Source of the DNA: Psilocybe cubensis
Taxonomy: Eukaryota
NCBI GenBank assembly: GCA_017499595.2
Contig: JAFIQS020000017.1
Coordinates: 1 to 64,000, forward strand
Length of the DNA: 64,000 bases
Reading direction: 5' to 3'
The position numbers and the translations under genes are program-made. Positions within the stretch are counted from its first letter, which is position 1. The number at the start of each line of letters is the position of its first letter. Below, piece after piece: positions 32,401 through 42,920 of the stretch. The notes under the pieces are model-generated. The model had not been told where the DNA came from and did no database searches. It saw nothing but the letters and a program-made list of their open reading frames with translations.

Positions 32401-33012
32401 AAGAATATACAAGAACGTTGGGAAAAGCGATTCGCTTTACGAATCGCAGAGCACGACGAATCCATTCTTGTACTTAAAACCAGGTTTGATCAGGTATGGA
32501 ATTGGTTTTCAGCTGCTGAACTTGGAAAAACTGTTACCGAGTACTGGTCGGCATGGTATGAACATGCCGAGAAAGGTCTGTATAGTGTAGACTCGTCCAG
32601 ACCCCTTATCAAACCAGATCCAAATTACGTTCACGACCTCGATGATGTTCGCCCGGAGCTGTTCACACAGATCCTCGTGGACGGAGAAACTGAGTTCGTA
32701 CCGGATTTGAGGAAGATAGGACTACTCGGAAGTCGTTGGATAGTATCGCGAAAGCGCAATACTAATCTTTTCGACCTTGCAAATGTGTGGAAGAAAACAG
32801 TTTTTCGTAAACTGGATGAAGACATTGCCGAAAAAGGTGGTGTTGTTCCCGAAACTCAAAACGTTAATGAAACTTATCATTCTGCTCTAGTTGAAGCTGC
32901 TGAACAGATAAGTATCGAAAGCGATAACGAGATAATACTTCATAGACGTTCAATCTCACAAGAGAGGGAACATCCAGAATTCGGCAGAATATCCAAATCT
33001 TACAACCGATGA
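29482..33012 (+). CDS. Penelope-like ORF1-RT, 1176 aa, subfamily A (copy 6)
   Basis: Intact ORF with RT motifs. Confidence 0.93.
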   Translation: MSSTYSAAFSRAMSPTLDALTQAVVNNTVFGVNDEAGRHNALIDELATVVIKKIAECRSIDQIVDCVFFDYRAALREFLLNLASWCDKRETVKASLERLELAVSAGNTPNRLRVKAPEFQLTKEFADAGSAEALRVSSTFSTARDVFQKAINDGAIQAKKDELAFWDDKCALNNCYEAAALIVKTTYDDRKSSYKLPVFSTDNKGVRRITDWVVSPQKKAECSALQTILPAIFSHIKQIVNLRHRALAIKIEKKRSTAATADVEMADATKPGPSIQSLIDKGLNARLKKLNLGSVGKKASSRNPSPIILDTNYYSNYPDFVWPEFVQGSSTSGQESWPFEIQTLVDAFAEEAPNQGFQQGRQQEEREGESSRQERSKGKGKGKSLDARSNVVPFTSVRPAFPNSIPDDILTMTKTDAVSFVHLHTPISFLLAGQYRSSVHCSPGVVVPVDIANDLSLGLNYMFFTLPSQSLIMQAWNDFQRRIRWRIYFLFKEGMNKPFDPDYGVSSKKKEKPPVLPQYMELGLSMGRRYVQRTIASIPEEALTEMRKHAFSPKRDKIRKFLIDNNYVITMTDKNLGLAVSERDWILRNELNLLEDERNYEELEFEVAQEVMKSKMIQMQTLARTVEDEHLFLFELGLSRFFLSNVPEDGSSFKYPQFHGIPKIHKKPTGFRPIIPCHSVVFNPAAKFVSKELKPIIKSTPSIIHGTKDLFTRLSQLRIDPKRQWYFVTGDVVAFYPNIPLDLCIEIVCSMYEEWLLNASEENTALAHINPNSLENNLVKLGIFKRAIEIGNTQLITQHGSRYFRQKNGLAMGVADSPDLANLFGAHFEIKSKILDHPNVAFYGRYIDDCFAIVYAESEALALNLIKETIKFDGCVIEWAVSSSGCQFLDAFIFKESGKLHWKPFVKTGNNRERVPWVSHHPLDVKRGVYIGELSRLAVLCSTKEIYIGAIRDLNALYLMRGYPENLVMSWCKKNIQERWEKRFALRIAEHDESILVLKTRFDQVWNWFSAAELGKTVTEYWSAWYEHAEKGLYSVDSSRPLIKPDPNYVHDLDDVRPELFTQILVDGETEFVPDLRKIGLLGSRWIVSRKRNTNLFDLANVWKKTVFRKLDEDIAEKGGVVPETQNVNETYHSALVEAAEQISIESDNEIILHRRSISQEREHPEFGRISKSYNR

Positions 33013-33714
33013 AAAGAATACTAGCGCTTAAGGCGTAAAGCATTAGAAAAAAACCCTAACCGTAAGTATTCATTGCTATAAAGTAACAAACATCTACTTA
33101 CAAGCAACACATTGGATTAAATAGCTAAACCTAAACCTAAACCCTAAACCCTAAACCCTAAGCCCTAACCTAACCCCAACCCTAAGCTAACTAAGTCTAA
33201 CCTTAGTAGGAAGTAAGGTAGGCGTGTGAACTTCCGAACGGCATGTGATTGTGAAGGGCCGGATCTAATTTAGTACATGGGAAAAGTTACTTAGTACTTC
33301 GGGAAAAGTTCCTTAGTACCGTGGAAACATTTTTGATGGACCGGATCATGAACTGTCCAATTAAGATTCACAACAATCAATCAATTGATTGTTAGGTAAG
33401 GACCCAGGTAAGCTATTTATACTCTTGACATGTGAATATTCCCATGTCGCGGTTACTCGGAGCCACGTAACCAGAGTAATCTATATCCATGTGATTCACA
33501 TCACAGTCAATAACCCACGATGTCAAAGAACAAAAGTGTTGGATCCACTTTTGACAGGTTACCATGTGCCACATTGACCCGTGACACTCTGTTCATCAGA
33601 GACCTGTCTAACTTGACAATAAACATTGACAGATTTGTGATAGTCGGTAAGATACATGACAGCTGCACAGCATCACTTCACGCGCTGTCATCGGATGTCT
33701 AGAACATTCCTTCT

Positions 33715-33790
33715 AAGAATAGCCACTGAAGAGTCTATAAAGACGAAAGGGCTGGTTGTTGGTACCCCCCAACAGCCCTCTGGCCTTCTT
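33715..33790 (+). ncRNA. Hammerhead ribozyme, intact (variant B with GGTACC)
   Basis: Same motif; most centromere-proximal copy. Confidence 0.9.
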
Positions 33791-33855
33791 TCCATTTAAC
33801 TCACAGTTTAAACAAGTCGCTCGCACCTCGCTTCGCTCGGTGCTCGCTCCCCCCC

Positions 33856-33908
33856 TAAACCCTAAACCCTAAACCCTAAACCCTAAACCCTAAACCCTAA
33901 ACCCTAAA
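33856..33908. repeat. Proximal telomeric tract (7 x TAAACCC) joining the array to unique subtelomeric DNA
   Basis: Heptamer run followed abruptly by non-repetitive sequence. Confidence 0.93.
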
Positions 33909-36900
33909 AGCATCCCCATCACTTTGACGCCTCACCGTCACCCACGCCCATTTGCCCATTCGTGCACTCGCCTGACACCTCCCCTTCCTAGCTTATAGCG
34001 ATCTGTCCACTCCACTCCTCTCACATCTGTATTCGCCTCTCCCAGCTGAAGACAAACGGCCGTGCATACACCCTCCTCATGTCTTTGCCCACAACCCCGC
34101 CCAGCAGCTATCAAATGTGGGTTCTCGTCGATTGATGGCAATGCAAAATCGCTTCTGGTTCCGGCTAGCCGTCCAGTAGGAGGTAAAGTAGCAGAGGATA
34201 CATTGTTGATGGACACAAATGCGTGTTTGTGTTTGTGTTTGTGTTTGGCACTGTAACCTCCGCTCATGCTTATACCACGCCTCATGACGGTGCCTCCGCC
34301 TTGCCTGCTGCACAACCAGCTGCCTCGCTCGTTCTCTGGCTTTCTGACATCTCACACCGTCCAAACACGGTACAGAGAATTCAAAGTCGCTCGTTCTCTT
34401 GCTTTCCAATATCTCACAGCGTCAAAACACGGTACGGCGCGTACTCGGCACTTATCCTCTCTTAGCTCGAGTCCATGCTTGCATGGTTGGACGACGCATT
34501 GCCGAAAGAGGGAGCAGATCCAATGGGTTGAAAAACCATGTGCATTTCGTTGAAGGGTATAGGCGAGTGTGTAGGACACGGGCAACAGCGGACATGCGTA
34601 TGACCCGTGCATTGAGAGGAGGGAATGTTGAACGGTGACTCGTGCGTCTTCCGTTTTTCTGCCCTGCCCTCTTGAAAAATTGTTCTCGTCTGTGCATACC
34701 TCCGGACTTCGACTCTATGTATACATAAACTGTTACCACCCCACATTGACCCCCCCTCCCCCTCGTCGCTATATCCGCATTCAATCCCACTTCGTCGACA
34801 AGGTCTATATCCTCTCTGAGTCTGTGAAATTATGATCCATACATTGCACCAGAGCTGTTACAGTATATGTACGCTGTTCTTGTGCGATGTTAAGATATAT
34901 TGTTTCAATAGCCGCAGAGGGTTAAACTCTGGCTTACCATTGTATAACGTCGTGGAATCTTCAGACTGCGCACGAGCCAGAAGCTTGTGTATGCTGGCAG
35001 CTTCAATGCAATTGCGGGGTTACACTCCGCCCTGTTTCTGATTGCTCTGATACTTTTTGCATGTCTGTATCGCAGCCATTCACTATAGATATACTCTGCG
35101 GGTTGTGCATGGTTTCGAAGCACGATCAAGCTGTCGTCATATGGCGTTGAGAGATCGTTGGGGTGGTACGAGGGAAATAAAAAGACAACAAAGAACGCAT
35201 AATTGCTGTCGAATGTAATTGTATACACGTCGGATTCGTGGGGAACCCAAAACCCCAATCCTGTTCCCGTTCATTGAACAGCTGAGCTTTGATCTCCTCC
35301 ATCCCCTCAAATCGGGTTATACTGAGAAGGTACACTTTGAAACACAACTAGCCCATACTCGAAATAGGTACTGTTATTATTTGAAGCTAAAACCTATGTA
35401 TTCCATTCGAATATCAACTGTTTTTCATCTTGTTAATCAATATGATATAAGGTAGCACACATATATCCATAATCAATCTGCCACAATACATCGCACTAAT
35501 AGGGTATTTACCCACCAAGTTCCAATAGGTCTGCAGGTATACGTGCAGATGCACTCTTATGTCCCTCCGCTAGAAAAGTTGGGGTCGTGGTTTCGACGAT
35601 CATGGATTTGTTGGGTGAGTTTCCTAGTAATGTATTATTGCTGCCACGTAATATAGGATTGTTCAGCTCACTGCAATTCTTGGGCTCAGCATCTGAATCC
35701 GTCAACCTGAGTACATCAACGAAATGACTGGTCAAAATTGACAAGGCGCTTTCGACATGAGACGCACAGAATAGGGTAGGAAACACCTTCCAAGCGATCC
35801 CACTAACGTGGCGACCAACCAATCATGCGCGAACCAGTCGTCCGAAACAGAGATTGGACTATGTTTGATGCTTATTTGGTGTCCATCCCGGACGCCTTAT
35901 GAGGGTGTTGGTAACGTGGATGCAGCTATTTTTGCTCGGAATGACAAGCTCTATGTGGGGTGTTGATGTTGGTGATGGTGGAAGAAGACATCGTTGTCGG
36001 TGGGGTTGTAGTATGTGATGTTGACGCAGGTATCGACGTTGACGTTGGGGCAGGTAAAGGGGAGGACGTGAATGCGGCGCACCTCAATCTCGCTATCCCA
36101 GCACGTGTAATCGTCAGCAGGTTAATCCTGGAATCAGTCAAACTACGCATACCGACGCGCACAGGCGGCCACATAGGAATGGGATATGAGCAGTCAGGAA
36201 TGATGAATTGAATCGCAGAGGGTAATGACGCACCTAGGAGAGCCTGCGGTTTGAAAGTTCCCTCTTGGAGTTTGCTGTCGCGATAGCGTGCGGGAGGATA
36301 TTGTGTGGGGTGTATGTCAAGGAAATAAGGAAATGCTTCTTCCTTTGTTGTCTGAGAAAATGGAACGGTGTTCGGTGATCGAGAGTCGTATAGGGTGTGG
36401 AGAGGTTGAGATGCATAGTCAGAGCGTCGACGCTACAGGCTGTTGTAATAGTTCGGAAGCTTCTGTCTAATTCGCCTTCGCAAGGAACGACGGGTTGTAT
36501 GGACTCACCGTTCGACTTGACTCTGAATCCTGCGCGCCCACAAAATCACCTCATCTCTCATCCCGCTCTGCCCTCGCCGACATAATGCTTCCCATTTCCA
36601 TCGGAGAATCGACACTAAAAACGACTATATGGCGTACAATGTATGTTTGTAATAGAGGACATGAGATAGTAAAGGGTGTATCGTTATCATGCGGCGCGCA
36701 TGCGCTTTGCGCAGCATAGCGGAGTTTCAATGTCTTTTGACGACCAAGGACAAACAAAGCGCCACTTGTCTTGCGCCGCCGTCAAACTCGAAATCCCATC
36801 CAACAATATCTACCGCCCCCAAACACTTTAAGATGGCTTGTCAAGGGCAAGAGGTGCTACAGGATTACTTCTCTGAATGGATCGCATCTGTGGAAAGGAG

Positions 36901-38749
36901 TGAATGCTGTCGGTCCAGGGCACGAGGGTTGTCAAGAAGCATGGGTTAAGGAATCGTGGAGGAGGAGGAACCGCTCGGTGAGTGATTTGTATTTTATGTG
37001 ATGTGAGGTCAATCGAAACCTCCCTTCCCCCTGATATCTACCCCTCGCACTGGGAGCTCGCGCATGTATAACGTTGACGCAGCGGCAGCGACACCAAATT
37101 CACACGTGTACTGTATGCCCTGAGTCTGTCGCGCCTCGTTTTGAGTGGCGTCCAGTGCAGTGGAAAGGGTAGTTCAACCCATGCACCTGTTCTCATCTCG
37201 TCGGTTTTTTCCCTGTTTGGATATAACATCTGAAACCCAGCATATACGACGTATGTACGTTTTGTTTCGGGCGGTTGATGAGGTAGACTCGTTCTGTATC
37301 ACTCCCGCTAGTGTCCCTTCCCCTCCCATTAATATGATCCCTCCTTCAATATTGCAGACCGAATATACTCATTCTTGTGGTGCGTGACGGGCACTGGGCG
37401 TAACGGAGAGATAAAAAGAAGCTGCGATATGCAAGTAGTGGCCCGGATTGCTAGCGTGGTGCAGTGAAGAGTTGGAGATGGGTGTTGAGCGACATCAGGG
37501 AAGAGGCCGATGAGTCTGTGATGAAATTTCTCGATGTGTGCTGGCCCAGATGTGCGCATGTTTAAGGGAACTGGATTTTCTTGGGAAGCAACATAGGAGT
37601 GCAGGAGAGGAATCTTCCATGATGATCCATTTAACAACTCGTGCAATGTCATCTCTCCCCCAGCCACTCTAACTACTATGACTTGAAGGAACGGGCGTGT
37701 TCAAGGAATTGCGGGAACGCATTGGTGAGCGAGGCCGAGGCCGAGGGCTGTCGTGAGATTGGTTAGAATTGAGGAGGAGGAGGATACTCTAGGTGAGGTA
37801 TTCGCTTTTTGACTTTATACGCCCAGGCGCATCGAATCCAAGGAACCACCGCCCTGGCGCTGAACCCATTACTTACATGTTCTAACCGCTACTCTGTGTG
37901 TGCATATATCGTTTTAATCGTGTTTCGTGCCGTTGCTGATGCGGGTTTTCTCTTCACCGCTCTTGTACCCTCCCATCGACATGACCAACCCATCACATTC
38001 CCGCCACCTCCACCGCCATGCGCTCAGGAGTCAAGGCGGAGTTTGAATTTGCTTGACAACAACCGCTCACAATTTCGTTCTTTTCCACTACCACCTCCAC
38101 TCCAAACACCCCAAAGACGACGAATCAAAGGGAAGGGATGCTGGATACAGTCGAAAAATGCAGGGACCCGGTGCCTCGCACAGCAGCGTGGCTTCTAGGC
38201 AGCGTCGATGGATGACGATGAGGACGGAGGATTTCGGTGAGTGCATTTCTCTTCACTGTTATCTATCGGAACAACAGAAACCAGCATCACCCTCTCCCTT
38301 CGTGGCTCGCACTGTCGACTTCCAACTGCACTGGCGCATGCGAAGCATCGACGCCGCGGCAGCTATACCAGGTCTATAATCACGACGCTGGTATACTGTG
38401 TGCAGTGTACTTAAATTCTCTCAAATGCATGATGCGTCAGTGCAGTGGAATGTCAGGTGTATTGTCTTTTTCCATACCCTTGTTTGCATATCTCTGTTTA
38501 TACACCCCATCCACCACCCCGCATGTGCGTATGGCGCATACACGAAGCACTTCCGCCTTTCGGACCCCGTCCCCCAATCTACACCGCTTCATCCTCCTAT
38601 CACCATGCTCCTGTTTCCATCGAAGACCTTCCAACTCATCCGTGCAGATTTTGAAACAGGGAATCTGGGTTTCTTTATTCATTTTCTTCGAGCATGGGTT
38701 AAGGAGGCGTCATCAAATTCGACGGGTGCATGCACTTACAACGATTGAA

Positions 38750-39520
38750 GATAAGGTGTAGACCTATACGCATTGGCAGATGCAGGTTTGTTTATGTACC
38801 TGGCTGGGGTGCAGACCACCCATGTACTTCTTTTTCCGCCTTTTGCTTATCTTCGAGCAGGTACTGGAACTGCCACCCCTCACCCTACGCATCTTTATTT
38901 TACAGTGTCCCCATAGCCTCAACAAGTTTCCAGATGTTTGTGTGTCTACCCACCCCCCTTTACCCGTTCTGACGGCGCCAAATGACGGCGCCGGCTGCAA
39001 CGGATGTGCCGACTTCTTCCTTGCTCGCACCGCTTTGAAATATCCCTCAAATTACCTATTTCATGGATTATCGATGATTGATGACGCATTTATGCACATG
39101 CGTTTGTTCCCTCCATCACTGCAAATGTGTATGCATGCTGTGGAAACCATTACAGACAAGATGTACCACGGGAACAGATCGTGCTTGTACACACGGTGGA
39201 GGGGCAAGAGGCCCGTACACGTCTTTCCGCTTTTTACTTACGTTCGAGTAGCTGCTGCCACCAGCGCCCCTACGTGTCTCAATTTGACGTGTTCCCGTGG
39301 CCTCAATGAGTGTCGCGCTGTTCCTACCCATACCTCCTTTACCCGCGCTCACGAAGCTAAATGACGGCGCTGGCTGAAATGAGTGTGCCTATATCCCCCT
39401 TGCTCGCAACACTTGAAAACATTCATTAAATTGCGCATATATTTGCTTATTTTGTGGATCATCGATGAATGGTGATGCGGTATATACATGGGTGTCTCCT
39501 TCACTAGAAGCTTGCGTGTA
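38750..39520. repeat. Old diverged tandem duplication, period ~380 bp
   Basis: AAATGACGGCGC(C/T)GGCTG..CCTTGCTCGCA..TGGAT(T/C)ATCGATGA recurs at ~38980 and ~39360. TTTCCGC(C/T)TTTT..TTCGAG..CTGCCACC recurs at ~38835 and ~39225. Confidence 0.6.
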
Positions 39521-42246
39521 CGGTCCCTCGTCATCGCGTCAAATTGCGAATTCCCTGAACCTTAGTGCCATGCCGCCTGTTCTTGAAGATGTGCCGTTCA
39601 CTCACAACTCACGAGATCCAGCGCAAATCGTCGATTCAGGTTACGAGTCTTCTCTTGGTCAATCCAAGGTCGTGTACATCCGTCCAATATTGACAATCCG
39701 ATCTTTTTCATCGCCGTCAGCAGATCACCACCACGAGCAGCATCCTTTATCCACTGAACCCCGATGCAGAAGACGCAACTAGTTGGATGGAATCCAAGCT
39801 AAGTGAGATAATCAACTGTGTATATCGGTCTCTGTCCAGTATTTGGATATCGATCTCAAATAGATTAGAAACCATATTCAGTAAGTACTAATTTGTACTC
39901 GTCGTTGTGTTCTTGACCTGCACAGACCCTTTTGTTACAGTTCTCAACTCTATGTGCACTTTATAACCCAAGACACTGTGTACCGGGCATCCGCTAAGTG
40001 CCATATTTCCACACATTTCCCTCATTCTGCGCCCCAGGACTCTGGCGCTGTGAATGGATGGGCTTCCCCGGGCCAGAATTGTGTTCCACCAAACCTCTTT
40101 GTTATTCATGTCGTAGCCTGCAATTCCGCTACGTATCAAGTGCCCGCGGCCCCACATCGTCCACATATGCGCCGCTGCCGTGTATCGCCTTCCAATAGCT
40201 AGCAGCCATCTTCAATTAACTCCAGGGTGCGTATAGACCCCCGTTCTCCCCGACACACTCTTTTGCTGTTGCATGGAGGGGATGTTACGTGCCAACACCA
40301 TGAATCTATGCATCACTCACCTGCCAGCCTTTCACCATTTTCAAGACCCAATCACTATACCCACTGTATCTTTTCAATCAAGAACAGCGCGAAAGGAAGA
40401 GAAAAATATCTTGCTGGCAACTAACTGCGTGGATTTCATACATGCAAATCACCCTCACGCGTCTTAACACACCTTGAGCGAATCCCACTCTTCCTCTTCC
40501 TCGCCCTCATTTCAATCTTCCATCCCTTGTTCTACACCACTCTCAATACAACTCCAATCTAACCTCGCAATCACGGTTGCAGTGCATGACATTCTGCTCC
40601 ACATGCGGTGTTTGACAAGATTACGTGCGCTTCGATGCCTCTGTTCCGTGGCACTGTGTTGATGATTCTCTATAGCAGCCGTTTCTGTTATCACGACATA
40701 TCACACAACACCGCAGGTTCCTGCGTCATTAGTCCGTATTCCACTCCCGCTACCTTTTCGTCATCACCTCTCACCTGAGACCTCAGTTGGACCAGACAGA
40801 TCACACAGACACAGACACACACACTTGTCGACTCCCATGCTCGACTTTGCGCTGTCCACCACCGCCATCACTCCATCCCCATTCCAATTTGTGTCCCCCT
40901 TTGCCGCACTATCAACGCGTAGTTTTAAGCAAGAAAAAGACCAAGACTTTACACGGTACGCAAGGCTAGACCACCAGAACGTGGACGATCAGGGCGAAGA
41001 GGGTTCCTTGAGAGAATCCATGGACTCGATTTCAGCGCATATATGCACCTCTACGCTGAAGTTTAGTACGCAGATGTTGATGTGTATAGATTTTAGTGGC
41101 GGTACAGTGTGTAGAGGGAGATGTGATTGATCCCGTCGTGAAAGCGAGGTTGTGTGGGTGCGGGAGGTTTGAACGATGGTTTTTCAAGTGAGTCTTTCGC
41201 ATCCGTGCTGTACTAATGCGTACTCCACCATTCATTGTTTGCTTCTCGGACTACTAAGCACCAGATTTCCTGCGACGCCTCTGCATGACGAGGAACGCGG
41301 TGTGCACGTTCTCTGTGCAGTTTCCTGAAGTAATCTTGGACATAGACACCGGTGTAGTCCCTCGTCGTTGTCGCTGACTCCCTTACTGTCGCTGTTTGGC
41401 TGTATGAGGGACTGGTTTAATGGCTTGCTAGTATCTCTAGGACCAATCATCCTACTGTGTTGTTTCCAGCTTACACTCGGATTTGGATATGGGCACAGAC
41501 TGTATTGCCGTCTTCTTCGTGATCTCTGTGGCTGGCTTCTAGTCTCTGTGTGTCTGGCTAGCTGAAATAGGAGTCCCGTCGTGCATCCGAGCATCTGGAT
41601 GAGCGTCTATGCGCTGGACGCTATACGTAAATACCTTGACGACTGCTCCCCCACTCTAGTTCTGTAACACACTTGGGTCTTTTTACCACAATGCGTAGTG
41701 TGGCGGGGAATTCTATGTGTTCGAGTTTTGATGATTTAAACATGTTCTGGGTTAGTGGCGTTTATCTGTGTGTCTAGTTGGCTGGTCGTTGGCGTGCCTG
41801 CTCGTCTGCTCGTCTGTGTGATGGATGAACAGTCCGTTCAGTCTACTCAGAGACACGGTGTCTCCCACACAAAACAAGTTATGGCGGATTAGGAGGCTTC
41901 TGGTGCCGAATAGGTATCGCATTGCACACGTACTTAATAAACACGGATATAGGTGGAAAATTAATATTGATTTAACAACATGAACGTTGTCTCACAGGTG
42001 CAACATTTGTACCGTTGCAAACGCTTCCTCAGAGTTGAAGCTAATAACGGCGTGTGTGTTTGCTGTAACTATCCAACTGTATTGCTGTGCACATTGATGA
42101 CCGAATGTGAGTTGAATGCAAGAAATTATAAGAGTTGGAGTAAGGCGGAGTCTCACCCGACTCATGAAGGACATTTAAATGAAGCATAGAATCAAACAGG
42201 AAAGAGTCGCATCCCATTGTCTCTTTTAGCAGAATCTCTGCATTGC

Positions 42247-42920
42247 TTTGGATTTACGCCTCTAATGAACGCTTCAGAACTGGGATTTTCTGACTGTGGG
42301 GACTTCCAGGAGGTGGATGTAAATAACCAGGATAACATCGGATTCACAGTTGCATTTGCAGCATTTGGAGGTCATCTTGATGTAATTCAGCGGTTGTTGT
42401 CTGCCCAGGATATAAATATCAATATACAAGATACCAATGGATGGACGGCCCTTGTATGTGCATCATTGCATGGTTACTGTTCTGTTGCGGATTCCATCCT
42501 TCGCTCCCCGGCGGTGAAGGTAAATATACAAGACAAAGATGGTAACACAGCACTTGCAGTGGCAGCGTTGGGAGGTCATATCAACGTGGTTCAACGCTGT
42601 CCAAGAGATTCATATCAATACACAGAGTAACGAGGGGTGGAAGGCCCTCATATATGCCTCAGATCATGGTGACTGCTTAATTGAGACTGCCATTCTTCGT
42701 TTCTCGTAGGTAGATGTAAATCTCCAAACTAGCCGGGGGAAACAGCACTTGCAAAGCCAGAAGTAAGAGGCCATATTGACATAATGTGATTTTTCCTGAC
42801 CAATCTCTCAATCAATGTCAATTCGCGAGATAAGTATGGTTATACAGCACTCCAGCGGGCACGAATAAATGTCCACCAATCCATTGCTGATATCCGGGTC
42901 TCCCAGCCTGGTGTCACTAG
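42247..42920 (+). pseudogene. Ankyrin-repeat gene remnant
   Basis: GFTPLMNAS, QDTNGWTALVCAS, QDKDGNTALAVAALGGH. A frameshift near 42600 is followed by further repeats (NEGWKALIYAS, SRDKYGYTALQRA) interrupted by stops. Confidence 0.8.

Larger units (their letters stand above)
140..33908 (+). mobile_element. Tandem array of telomere-associated, endonuclease-deficient Penelope-like retroelements (Coprina/Athena type)
   Basis: Six copies of a ~3.5-kb RT ORF and twelve ~0.7-kb repeat units, all in one orientation (5' end toward the telomere), punctuated by TAAACCC tracts. PLE-type RT motifs are present and no GIY-YIG domain follows the RT. Confidence 0.92.

Noticed and set aside
169-33862. CRISPR array
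   Set aside because: Eukaryotic context; the repeats are telomeric or 0.7-kb units with no unique spacers.
33938-41600. Numerous 60-190-aa ORFs in the proximal subtelomere
   Set aside because: Overlapping on both strands, no recognisable domains and no coherent exon chain that I could build. Decayed gene fragments (e.g. 35508-36174 minus) are possible but unsupported.
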